From the NCBI GenBank assembly GCA_965208575.1, contig CBDBOV010000006.1, forward strand, positions 1,152,001 to 1,216,000: a stretch of 64,000 nucleotides of DNA, given 5' to 3'. The notes below the pieces were generated by a model. That model saw only the letters and a list, made by a program, of their open reading frames with translations, was not told the DNA's origin and made no database searches. Shown here piece by piece: positions 38,588 to 47,985 of the stretch. The DNA is from Spirochaetia bacterium. Lineage in GTDB: Bacteria; Spirochaetota; Spirochaetia; SZUA-6; Bin103. The position numbers were made by a program, and so were the translations under genes. Position 1 is the first letter of the stretch. Each line of letters begins with the position of its first letter.

Positions 38588-39892
38588 TCAGGTGATCCCG
38601 CGCCGCGCTCGTACCGGCATTTCGGTTACGGCGATCTGCGCGTGCAGCCGCAGGATCGCCTCGCGGGTGACCGCGCCCGGCGTTGCAGTGAGGCAGTTGG
38701 CGGTGCCGCACGCCACCGCGAACCGCACCGCCGCGGCCAGATCGATGCGCAACGGCGCCGGCGGTGCGCCGGGAGCGGTGCTCGGGGCGGCCGCAACGGT
38801 TGCGGAATCGCCGGCCGCGCCGATCAGCGCCGCCGCCACGCCGGCCGATGCTGCGTCGCCGCTGCCGATCGGGTTGACCGCCGGCACGGCGGGGGCGGCC
38901 GCCCGTAGCAGGCGCCGCCCGTCGCACGCCTCGATCCCCTCCGCCCCGGCGCTCACGATCACCCACCGCACGCCGTACCGGGCACACAGGTCTCGATAGA
39001 CCGCGATGCGGGCCGGCTCGGTATCGACCGCCGTAGCGGCCAGCTCGGCCAGTTCGGCCCGGTTGATCTTGACGATCGTCGGCGCCGCCGCCAGCGCCGC
39101 GCGGCCGTGGTCGTGGTAGGAGTCGAGCAGCGTCACCACGCCGCGCCGACGGGCACGCCGCACCATCTCCGCGTACACCTCGCGGTCAGCCCCGCCGATC
39201 GCGCTGCCGGCAATCACCACCACGCTCGCCTGCTCAAGCAGCCGGTCATACGCGGCAGCGAACCGCTCCTGCTCGCCGGCACTTGCCACTACCGCCGGCT
39301 CCACCAGCTCGGTAGCTTGCCGCGCTGCGGCAACCGGGTCGCCGTCGCGTTCGCCCGCTCTCGCCGCTTGCGGCGGTCCTCCCGGTTCCTTGACTTGGCG
39401 CGCCTCGCCACCGCCGGCAAACGCGTCGGCGCTCGTCGTTACCGCCGGCTCCGTGGTCTGGCCCGCTCCGCGCTCGCCGCCGGCATCTCGGTGTTGGTGG
39501 CCGCCGGCTTCACGGGGTGCACGCGCTGACCGACCCAGGAACGCGGGCCCATCGGCGCCGGTACGTCGATGCCCGGCCTGTTCGGCGTCCCGGGGCGGCG
39601 TTGCCGACTCCAGCAGGGTCACGCAGGTGCGGGTGTCCGCGGCCGTGTCGATCACCTTGGTGGCAATGCCTTCGCGCTGCAGCTCCCGGCGCACGCGCAT
39701 GCCGTTGGGGCCGCCGAGGTACGCGAGCAGCGTGGCCGGCGCCTGCAGGGCGGCGAGCACCCGCGCCACGTTCACGCCCTTGCCCGCCGCCGAGCGATGC
39801 ACCTCGCGCACCCGGTTCACGGCGCCTGGGGTCACGGCATCGAAATGGTAGGTGAGCTGCCAGGCATTGTTATGGCCGCACACCAGGATCAT
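38588..39892 (-). CDS. PfkB-family sugar kinase (1-phosphofructokinase-like) with internal insertion
   Basis: AAGKGVNVAR, TRTCVTL, KINRAEL, NPIGSGDA. Confidence 0.85.
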   Translation of the reverse strand: MILVCGHNNAWQLTYHFDAVTPGAVNRVREVHRSAAGKGVNVARVLAALQAPATLLAYLGGPNGMRVRRELQREGIATKVIDTAADTRTCVTLLESATPPRDAEQAGHRRTGADGPAFLGRSARAPREAGGHQHRDAGGERGAGQTTEPAVTTSADAFAGGGEARQVKEPGGPPQAARAGERDGDPVAAARQATELVEPAVVASAGEQERFAAAYDRLLEQASVVVIAGSAIGGADREVYAEMVRRARRRGVVTLLDSYHDHGRAALAAAPTIVKINRAELAELAATAVDTEPARIAVYRDLCARYGVRWVIVSAGAEGIEACDGRRLLRAAAPAVPAVNPIGSGDAASAGVAAALIGAAGDSATVAAAPSTAPGAPPAPLRIDLAAAVRFAVACGTANCLTATPGAVTREAILRLHAQIAVTEMPVRARRGIT

Positions 39893-39952
39893 GCTCTCTC
39901 CCTCCCTTGCGCCGCCGGCGCCTGCCTCCCTACCCTACCGCAGACTGCTGCC

Positions 39953-40834
39953 ATGAAACTGCTCGGCGCTCACGTATCCACCGCCGGCGGCGTGCACACG
40001 GCGCCGGAACGCGCCCGCGGCCTCGGCGCCGACACGTTCGCCATCTTCACCCGCAACCAGCGGCGCTGGGCCGCCAAGCCGCTCACCGACGACGAGGCGG
40101 CCGCGTTCCGGGAACAGTGCGCGGCGTACCGCTTCCCGCTGCACCACGTGCTGCCGCACGCCGGCTACCTGATCAACCTCGGCGCCCCCGACGAGGAGAT
40201 CGTCCGCAAGTCGCAGGCGGGCTTCCTGGACGAGTTCGCGCGCTGCCGCCGGCTCGGCCTGCGCTACCTGAACTTCCACCCCGGCAGCCACCTGGGCCGG
40301 ATGAGCGACGCAGCCTGCACCGCGCAGATCACCGCCTTCCTGAACCGCGCGCTGGCCGAGATTCCCGGCGTGGTCGCCGTGTACGAGAGCACCGCCGGCC
40401 AGGGCAGCCACCTCGGCCACACCTTCGCCCAGCTCGCCGCCCTCATCGACGGCATCGACGACAAGGCGCGCATCGGCGTGTGCCTGGACACCTGCCACCT
40501 GCACGCCGCCGGCTACGACCTCACTACCGCGGCGGCCTACGAGCGCACCATGCGCGAGTTCGAGCAGGTGGTCGGCCTGCGCTTCCTGGTCGGCGCCCAC
40601 CTGAACGACTCCAAGACTCCGCTCGGCAGCCGCGTGGACCGCCACGAAAGCCTCGGCAAGGGCACCATGGGCTGGGAGCCGTTCCGGCTGCTGATGAACG
40701 ACCCCCGCTTCGACGGCAAGCCGCTGATCACCGAAACCGTCGACCAGGACCTGTGGGCCGCAGAACTGACTCAGCTCCGAGCCCTGGCTTCGGAAGCTGG
40801 CAGCGAGAATCCCCCTCCGGTCACATCCGCTTGA
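39953..40834 (+). CDS. nfo: Endonuclease IV
   Basis: GAHVSTAGG, PHAGYLINL, FHPGS, ESTAGQG, CLDTCH, HLNDSK, DRHE. Confidence 0.96.
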   Translation: MKLLGAHVSTAGGVHTAPERARGLGADTFAIFTRNQRRWAAKPLTDDEAAAFREQCAAYRFPLHHVLPHAGYLINLGAPDEEIVRKSQAGFLDEFARCRRLGLRYLNFHPGSHLGRMSDAACTAQITAFLNRALAEIPGVVAVYESTAGQGSHLGHTFAQLAALIDGIDDKARIGVCLDTCHLHAAGYDLTTAAAYERTMREFEQVVGLRFLVGAHLNDSKTPLGSRVDRHESLGKGTMGWEPFRLLMNDPRFDGKPLITETVDQDLWAAELTQLRALASEAGSENPPPVTSA

Positions 40835-40883
40835 GCATCGCCGACCGGAGCGCTCCGACGCGGGTGGGAACGCCGAAAGCGGT

Positions 40884-41198
40884 AGCCGTGGACCGAAAGT
40901 GAGATGCATGAGGCAGTACGGTGACTCCGTGATATGGAAGACGATGAAAACCGATGCCCGAGCATCGCCGACCCACAGGAATTTCGGACCAGACAGCGTG
41001 CCGTCCCGGCAGATCGTGAGCACGGAAAAAATCGCGAAAAAACTGCGCACACCCCTTGACGCGATTTTCGGGGCTCATGGTGGCTCGCTACGGCCCGCGG
41101 CGGTCCCTCCGACTGCCCCGGAACGACTTGGCCTCCGTTGCCGCGACAGCGCCCCGTGGCGCGGCCTTCCGGGCGCCGTTTCGGCGCAGTCCAGGGCT
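40884..41198. mobile_element. Possible ~315-bp MITE / IS remnant
   Basis: Ends AGCCGTGGAC and GTCCAGGGCT form a 9/10 inverted repeat; interior is lower in GC; sits where the 5' part of the HNH gene is expected; no target duplication seen. Confidence 0.3.
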
Positions 41199-42776
41199 CG
41201 GAAAAAGCTGCAGGACGGCTCGCTGAACCTGAGCAACGCGGCGCAACTGCAGAACCTGTTCGAGCGCAACGACCGCAGCCGGGGCCGCCCGCCGGTAAGT
41301 ACCGGAGCAGGTGGCGCCGTGGGCGGTGCGCCGCCGAGTGACGGCGCACCGGGCGAGCCGGGACCGGCGGCGCCGGCGCACGGCGGCGAGCACGATCCGG
41401 CGCCACCGGCAGCCGGGCCGGTGCTGGACGCGGCGGCGCGGGAGAAGCTGGTCCGGCAGGCGGCGGGCAAGAGCACGCGCGAAGTGCAGCAGATGCTGGC
41501 CGAGGTGGACCCGGAGTTGGCGCAGCCGAGCGACCGGTTGCGCGCGCTCGGAGGCGGGCGCTGGGAGTTGAAGGCGGCGGTCGACGCGGAGTGCCGGCAT
41601 GGGCTGGAGAAGCTGCTGATGCTGCTGTCGCACACGGATCCGCACCTGACGCTGGGCGGGCTGGTGGCGCGGCTGGTGCGCGACGGCCTGGACCGCTACG
41701 ACCCGGCGCGGCCGCCGCGTGTGCGGCGTACGGGCGGTGGCGGCTCGGTCGACGGCGCAGGATCCGCGAGCACGCCGGCGCTACCGGTCAGCGGTGAGCT
41801 CAACGGTTCGCCGGCGAATCGCCACGCCGAGGCCGAACTCGGTCGGGCGTCGCGTGCGGTGACGCAGGACGGCGACGGTGGGGCGGTGTCGGCGGCGAAA
41901 CAGCGTGCGGAGGACGCGTGCGGCGGCGCGAAGTCGGCGGCTGCGAATGACCTGCCCGGTCCCTCGGCCCCGAAGCGGCCTGCGGAAGTCGAGCATGGCG
42001 AAACGAACTCCACGGCGGTGCGGGATATTGTCCGCTGCTCCGATTCGGCGCCGAAGGAGTCCGCGCCGGTGGGGGACAGAGAGGGGCACACCACTTCGCT
42101 GGCGAAGCGCCACTCGGTCACCGGGCACGGCAGCGCGTCACGGGCGGCGGCGCCGCACAGCGGTGCGCACACCACTTCGCCAGCGAAGTGCCGATCCGAA
42201 GCCCAACCCGGGCGCAGGCCGCACGCGGTGGCACGGAACGGCACCGGTCCGGCGGTTCCGGCGGCGAAGCGGGACACGGAGGCCGAGCGCGGCGGTTCGA
42301 AGTCCGCGCCGGTGCGGGACACGGTCCGGCGCTCGGAGTCGGCGGCGAAGCGGCTTGCGTACGCCGCCGGGCATGGCGCGGTGGGGCCGGCGGTGCGTTC
42401 GCCGGCAGTGGAGCGGCACCTTGCCGCGTTGCGCAGCCTCGGCGCGGTGCCGGGCTCCCGGTCGCGGTACATCCCGGTAGCGGTGAAGCGGGAGGTGTGG
42501 CGCCGCGACCAGGGTTGTTGCACCTATGTCGACCGCCGCAGCGGGCGGCGCTGCGGCTCCCGCTATCGGCTGGAGATCGACCACATCGTGCCGTTCGCGC
42601 TCGGCGGCGGCGCGGAGCCGCGGAATCTGACGCTCCATTGTCGAGCGCACCACAGGTTGCGCCACGCTCAGCGCCATGCTCACGCCGAGAGTGTGCCGAA
42701 TGAAGCCCGGCGCGCTCCGGTCTCCGCGGTCGATCCGAACGAACACGGGCGGACCGTCGGATCGCATGCGGTGTAA
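41199..42776 (+). pseudogene. HNH endonuclease (DUF222-like), probably 5'-truncated
   Basis: IPVAVKREVWRRDQGCCTY...C...LEIDHIVPFALGG...NL..HCRAHH; family-like sequence begins abruptly at ~41200; open frame extends back to 40899 through unrelated sequence. Confidence 0.65.
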
Positions 42777-42945
42777 GGCCGCGCTCCATCGCGCCGCCGA
42801 TCCAGTTCGCCAGTCCCCGGATGTTCGCATCCGTGCCATCGAGCGGGTAGACCATGCTGCAATGACCTGCGTACCGCTTTCCGCGTTCGCACCCTCCGAC
42901 GCGCAAGCCTCGACACGGTTCCAGGGTCCATGATAACGTCGATCC

Positions 42946-43266
42946 GTGACCGCACGAATATGGTTGTCCTTTGATCTCGGTGTGCGAGGAGACTACAGTT
43001 CTCTGTACGCTTGGCTCGACGACATTGAAGCCGAAGAGTGCGGCAGCAGCGTAGCCACCCTCCGTTTCAAATACGATGGCGACCTGCTTGAGTCGCTCAA
43101 GTCTGAAATCGAAAACGTCGTTTCTTTGAGCAAACAGTCACGCATTTACGTGGTTTACAAAGAGAACGGAAAATCGAAGGGCAAGTACATCTTCGGGCGC
43201 CGCAAGCGTTCCCCCTGGGATGGCTATGGTACCGTCGACGACGGTTACGATGACGACGACGAGTAA
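42946..43266 (+). CDS. Small hypothetical protein with Cas2/VapD-like N-terminus and acidic tail
   Basis: IWLSFDL....Y..LY.WL; tail DDGYDDDDE; 1-nt overlap with the PIN gene. Confidence 0.6.
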   Translation: MTARIWLSFDLGVRGDYSSLYAWLDDIEAEECGSSVATLRFKYDGDLLESLKSEIENVVSLSKQSRIYVVYKENGKSKGKYIFGRRKRSPWDGYGTVDDGYDDDDE

Positions 43267-43682
43267 TGCAGCGCATATTGATCGATTCCGGGTTCTTCTT
43301 CGCACTCGTAGAACCGCGTGATCGTCATCATTACGAGGCGCTTGACAGACAGCATTGGCTGGACCTGTTCCCTGCCGTCTTGCCCTGGCCCATCTTGTAC
43401 GAGACGGTCAATACAAGGCTCGTCCGCGACCCGGACAAGGTTGTTCAGTTTGAACGCTTGGCCAACGCTCCCGCGACAGAGTTTGTCGACGATTCCCCCT
43501 ATCGCCGCGCGGCTTACGAGGACGTGATTGCGCGTGCCAAAGCCGGACATCCGTTGAGTCTGGTAGACGCCGTACTGCACGCCATCATCACTGATCCGGA
43601 CATCAGGGTGGACGCCATGCTGACGTTCAACCTGAGCGACTTCGGTAACGTCTGTAGCGAACGCGGTATCGACATCCTCTAG
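43266..43682 (+). CDS. PIN domain (VapC-like) ribonuclease
   Basis: ILIDSG, D.HH, ILYET, LSLVDA, LTFN..DF. Confidence 0.85.
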   Translation: MQRILIDSGFFFALVEPRDRHHYEALDRQHWLDLFPAVLPWPILYETVNTRLVRDPDKVVQFERLANAPATEFVDDSPYRRAAYEDVIARAKAGHPLSLVDAVLHAIITDPDIRVDAMLTFNLSDFGNVCSERGIDIL

Positions 43683-43694
43683 TCTGATGCAACC

Positions 43695-44369
43695 TCAGAA
43701 GGAGAGGCTCAGGGCTTCGGTTACGAAGCGCATGAAGGGGGTGGCGTGCGACCAGTGCTCCTCCAGCCGGGCCGGGAAGTCGGCGGCGGTTACCACGTGC
43801 CGATCGATCGTGCCGGTCAACACGAAGTCCTTGCGCTTCAGGTCTTCGATCAGGGGGTGGTCGCCGGCAAAACCGCGCGGCGGGCGTTTGAGGGAGTCTC
43901 CACCCATGGCAAGGCCGACCGCCTGCGCCGCGTCAAGGGCCTCCGGCCAGCGGGTCTGATTCCGGTCGATGGCGGCGCGCACCTGCTGCGCCTGCGCGGT
44001 GGCAGGCCTCCACAGCCCGCACGCCACGAAGCACGCCGCCGGTTCCAGGTGCAGGTAGTAGCCGGGCGCGTGCACGTCCTTGGCGCGCTCGTGGCGGAAG
44101 TGGATGCCGGCGGCAGTCTTGTAGGGCGACTTGTCCTTCGAGAAGCGCACGTCGCGGTAGATCCGGAACAGCGAGCCGCCCACCGGACGCGGGTCGGCGA
44201 CGAAGCGGGGGCTCAGGCGCTCCAAACGCTCGTCGAAGCCGCCGATGAAGGCCAGCAGCGGCCCCTTCACCTGCTCCTCGTAGCGGCTCTTGTTGGCCTG
44301 GAACCAGGTGCGGTCGTTGTTTTCCTTCAGTTCGGCGAGGAAGTCGAACAGTTCCGCGGGCAGCGCCAT
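43695..44369 (-). CDS. DUF2461 family protein
   Basis: FLAELKENNDRTWF, FRIYRDVRFSKDKSPYK, LKRPPRGF. Confidence 0.92.
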   Translation of the reverse strand: MALPAELFDFLAELKENNDRTWFQANKSRYEEQVKGPLLAFIGGFDERLERLSPRFVADPRPVGGSLFRIYRDVRFSKDKSPYKTAAGIHFRHERAKDVHAPGYYLHLEPAACFVACGLWRPATAQAQQVRAAIDRNQTRWPEALDAAQAVGLAMGGDSLKRPPRGFAGDHPLIEDLKRKDFVLTGTIDRHVVTAADFPARLEEHWSHATPFMRFVTEALSLSF

Positions 44370-44761
44370 CACTCGTCGAGCAGCGGCTTGGCGCGCGCCA
44401 CGATCTGGAACGCCACTCCCCAGGGGTCGCGCAGGAACTGCAGCACGTCGCCGTCCGGGTTGCGCACCGGCTCCCCGTCGATGCTGGCGCCGGCCGCCAC
44501 CAACCGGTCGCGGTCCGCCTCCATGGCGTCGGTCAGGAACGCCAGGTGTAGCTGGACCCGATCCCGCTCGCGCCACGCCGGCGGCGCCGGAGCCTCCCAA
44601 GTGTACAGCTCCAGCATGCTGCGCCCCGCCGAGTCGGTCACGAACGTCGCGTACGGCGGTGAGTCGCTGCTGCTCGCCACCTTCATGCCGAGATGCCGGA
44701 CGTACCAGGCCGACATCGCATGCACATCCGGAACGTTCAGCGCAATATGCTCCATTCTCAT
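44369..44761 (-). CDS. VOC / glyoxalase family protein
   Basis: EHIALNV, LELY, HLAF, LRDPWG. Confidence 0.88.
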   Translation of the reverse strand: MRMEHIALNVPDVHAMSAWYVRHLGMKVASSSDSPPYATFVTDSAGRSMLELYTWEAPAPPAWRERDRVQLHLAFLTDAMEADRDRLVAAGASIDGEPVRNPDGDVLQFLRDPWGVAFQIVARAKPLLDE

Positions 44762-44823
44762 GGCGCGTAAGCTACCCCGCCCGCCCCCGGCGGCGCCAGA
44801 CCGCCCTTGCCGCTCTCGGCGAC

Positions 44824-45969
44824 CTATTGCGATGCACTCCCGTAGAAGCCCGACCCGACGACGAACTCGACCTGCCTGGTGGTTCCATCCCGCCTCTGGA
44901 TTTCGTCGGAGAAAATGCGGACATAGCCCACCTTGGGGATGTCGACGCTATCGCTGTCGTCCGTGGGATCATCAAAATGGTACTCCACGAAGCCGCCTTC
45001 CGGGCCGCTTTCCGCCGCCTCGATCAACTGCGGCAGAATGAACTTTCCGGTCTTGGCGTCACGGGCGAACGGCACGAGAGGCTGTAACTCGTAGGTGTCC
45101 GGGAACCCGGCGTGAAACAGGATGAGCTCGCTGGTCAAATTCCAGACATAGAGGTACACGGAACCGTGCCGCCACGGCCCGTCGGGATCGCGCATGGCGA
45201 CCCTGGCCTTCGAGAATTCAGATGGATCACCGGTCTTCACAAGCTCTATGAAGTAGTTTCCCGCTTCCGTGACGAATTCCTTCAGAGTCTCGCGGTCAAC
45301 CACGTCCGCGGCCGTAACTTCCGCGTCGCCGTAATCGATTTGTTCCTCAGCCAGGTCAACCAGGTGAGTTTCGTTGAGATCGAGTCCCGCGAGCAGAACT
45401 GCGGGAGTCTTGAAACTGAGCGAGGTATAGGCGACCGCGTAGCCCGAATCACCGGGCACACCTGGTATATTGAACGGGCCGCCGTTCCCGGCTTCGGCTG
45501 CAGCGAACTCAGCCCGGGCCGCGGGGGTCCCCAGAAGTGCAGGGTCGATTCCCAACGCGCCAAGGATCTCTCCGTAGATCAGGGGCTTGAGCAGCCTGCC
45601 CGACAAGGACATGTCCTTGGCTTGGACGTTCACCCGTCCGTCGTGCGTCAGGGTCACGAGATAGGTGGAACCGGAACGCCAGGGACTCTCGTCCTGTCTG
45701 ATGAGACATCCGAGATATTGAGCTTGTCCAGGCGTGGTAAGCGCGGCTTGCTCTCGAAAGCGAACGCGCGAACTGAGCGCGAAGTCCATCAGGCTGCCGG
45801 TGCCGTTCTCCACCTGCTGCGCCGTCACCAGCGGGGGCGCGACACGAGTCCCACCAGCGGGAAGCGGACACCGTCCCATCGGCTCCGCCTTCTTGGCAGT
45901 CGCTCCGGAGCACCCGGCAAGGGCGATTGCCACCAACAACGCGGTAACGAGAAGTCGTGAAGTCTGCAT
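44824..45969 (-). CDS. Stand-alone Cache-domain lipoprotein
   Basis: Lipobox LAGC; WRHGSVYLYV, FHAG, GGFVEYHFDDP, KVGY, VGSGFY (single-Cache pattern) and a degenerate N-terminal copy (WRSGSTYLV). Confidence 0.7.
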   Translation of the reverse strand: MQTSRLLVTALLVAIALAGCSGATAKKAEPMGRCPLPAGGTRVAPPLVTAQQVENGTGSLMDFALSSRVRFREQAALTTPGQAQYLGCLIRQDESPWRSGSTYLVTLTHDGRVNVQAKDMSLSGRLLKPLIYGEILGALGIDPALLGTPAARAEFAAAEAGNGGPFNIPGVPGDSGYAVAYTSLSFKTPAVLLAGLDLNETHLVDLAEEQIDYGDAEVTAADVVDRETLKEFVTEAGNYFIELVKTGDPSEFSKARVAMRDPDGPWRHGSVYLYVWNLTSELILFHAGFPDTYELQPLVPFARDAKTGKFILPQLIEAAESGPEGGFVEYHFDDPTDDSDSVDIPKVGYVRIFSDEIQRRDGTTRQVEFVVGSGFYGSASQ

Positions 45970-46199
45970 GCCGCAGATTATTGACCACACTGTTCAGATC
46001 AAGCAAGCCTCCCAAGCAAGCTCAGGTGGCGTGCGCGATGCTGCGAGGTCGAACGCCGTACGATCCCGAGCACCGGGATTGGGGCGAGCAGGCGGTGGAT
46101 CTCCTGCCAGCGGGCGGCGAAGCTGTCGTGGGCCGTCTCGGGCTCGGAGCCAAGCTCAAGGCAGGTCTTGGCGGCGAGTTGACCGAACTAACTTGTTAT

Positions 46200-46222
46200 G
46201 TCCATGGTATACGTCCATGGAC
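46200..46222. promoter_or_regulatory. Putative TA operator
   Basis: GTCCATGG repeated at 46200 and 46213, the second within palindrome GTCCATGGAC overlapping the start codon. Confidence 0.4.
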
Positions 46223-46489
46223 GCACGCCAACAGACGATCGCCGCGGGCGAGTTCAAGCAGAAGTGCCTGGCCCTCATCGACGAGGTCGCCGCCACCGGC
46301 GCCCCGATCATCATCAGCAAGTATGGCAAACCGGTTGCCCGGCTGATGCCGCTTGAGACTCCCGAACAGGCCGAGGGCCGGATCCTCGCGGCGCTTCGCT
46401 CCGGTGAAGGGGGCATGCTCGTCGACGAGGAAACATTCCTGGCTCCCTCATCGGAGGTCGCCGGCTGGTCCTCCGACGCGGCAACGTGA
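46217..46489 (+). CDS. Phd/YefM family antitoxin
   Basis: IAAGEFKQKCLALIDEV...IISKYGKPVARL. Confidence 0.9.
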   Translation: MDARQQTIAAGEFKQKCLALIDEVAATGAPIIISKYGKPVARLMPLETPEQAEGRILAALRSGEGGMLVDEETFLAPSSEVAGWSSDAAT

Positions 46490-46872
46490 TCACGCTCGAC
46501 ACCCACGCCGCCGTCTGGTGGACCCAGGCGCCCGAGCACCTCAGCCTGCCGGCGGCGGATGCCATTCGGCAGGCGGACCGCATCCTGGTCCCGGCGATCG
46601 TGTTCTGGGAGGCCTCCCTGTTGGTACACAAGGGTCGGCTGCAATTGAACGACAATCAGCCGGTTGGCGCCTGGGCGCAACAGGTGCTCGCAATCCCGCG
46701 CGTGCAGGAGATCCCGCTCACCGCCCGCATCGCACTCGCCGCCGATGCCGCCGACATGCATCCGGATCCCGCGGACCGGTTCATCGCGACCACCGCACAC
46801 CAGTTGGATGCGCCCCTGGTCACCAAGGATCGCCTCCTGCGTGACCTCCCCTGGCTGGCGACAACCTGGTGA
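46486..46872 (+). CDS. VapC/PIN toxin
   Basis: LDTH, FWE, HPDPADRFI, LVTKD; GTGA overlap with the antitoxin. Confidence 0.9.
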   Translation: MITLDTHAAVWWTQAPEHLSLPAADAIRQADRILVPAIVFWEASLLVHKGRLQLNDNQPVGAWAQQVLAIPRVQEIPLTARIALAADAADMHPDPADRFIATTAHQLDAPLVTKDRLLRDLPWLATTW

Positions 46873-47061
46873 CGACTTGGTGACGACCGTCACCGGGTGA
46901 ACGGACGCGGTACGTGTACGACGGTCAGATGGCGTGGGCTTCGAGCCAGTCGAGGGTGGCTTCGATGCCGAAGCCGCACCGCCAGGTCGACGTCGGCGCC
47001 CGCTGAGCGACCATTCCTCCCGACGGGCGGTCGTAAAGTGCTTCCGCGGCGTGATTGACCG

Positions 47062-47985
47062 CTACTCTTCCGGTGGTCCGGCGGTCGTGAAGGCTTCCAG
47101 GAAGCCGTTGACCATCCACACGAACAACAGGAAGGGGTACTCGGAGCCGGAGGAGGTGGCGGGGTAGCTGTTGCCGGTGCGGGCGTACACGGTCAGGGTG
47201 TGGGTCGCGCCCACCTCGGTCTTGAGGGTGACCTCCAGCACCTCGCCGCCGGGCTCCGGCGGCGACTCGGCATAGCGGAACGTGCTCAGGTTGGCCAGCC
47301 GCTGCAGCGACTCCGCCACCTTGGCGGAGTTCCACTCGCCGCCGCCGGCGGTCACCCACTCGGCAGCGCCGCCCTCCTCCAGCGGCGGGCGCTTGCGCAG
47401 CACCAGCTCCTCGCCGGGGCTGCGCGCCACGATCTCGCCCACCGTTTCGATGTCCACGGTCAGCACCAGCTTGTCGCGCAGCACGTCGCCCACCACCGGG
47501 AAGTAGTTGCCCAGGTCGCCCTCCGCCTGGTAGACGCGCCGGTCGCCCTCCACCTTCACGTAGGTGTGCTGGTAGGTGCGCGCCTCCTTGCCCAGCTCCA
47601 CGGTGCGCAGCACGCTGCCGCCGCCGAACGCGGTGACGCGCAGCGCCGACTCCGGGTCGAGCTCGAAGCGGCTGTAGGCGGCGTGCTCGGACACCAGGTC
47701 GGTGATCTGCAGCGTGGCCAGCGCCCGCACCATGGTGTCTACCTGGGCGGCGGCGGCGGGGAAGTCCTCCGGCTCCAGCACCCAGCCGTCGCCCTGCTTG
47801 CGCACCGCGACGCGGTTGTCGCCCTTGACGATCTCGAACCGGTCCACCTCTTCCATCGCCATCTCGGGCAGTTGCGGCAGGTCGTACAGCAGGCGGTCGC
47901 GGTTGCGCAGCCCCAGGTAGAGCGCCAGACCCACGATGATCAGCGCCGGCAGCGCGTACCGGATCAGAATTCGGTCCAGGCTCAT
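47062..47985 (-). CDS. DUF4340 domain protein
   Basis: N-terminal TM anchor, two related halves, last gene of a Gld-like ABC operon. Confidence 0.75.
   Translation of the reverse strand: MSLDRILIRYALPALIIVGLALYLGLRNRDRLLYDLPQLPEMAMEEVDRFEIVKGDNRVAVRKQGDGWVLEPEDFPAAAAQVDTMVRALATLQITDLVSEHAAYSRFELDPESALRVTAFGGGSVLRTVELGKEARTYQHTYVKVEGDRRVYQAEGDLGNYFPVVGDVLRDKLVLTVDIETVGEIVARSPGEELVLRKRPPLEEGGAAEWVTAGGGEWNSAKVAESLQRLANLSTFRYAESPPEPGGEVLEVTLKTEVGATHTLTVYARTGNSYPATSSGSEYPFLLFVWMVNGFLEAFTTAGPPEE

Noticed and set aside
42946-43266. CRISPR-Cas locus suggested by the Cas2-like protein
   Set aside because: No repeat-spacer array, cas1 or other cas genes in the window
46860-47060. Short TGGTGACGAC repeats and a possible gene remnant ending IEATLDWLEAHAI
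   Set aside because: Too short to assign; no start codon or recognisable family
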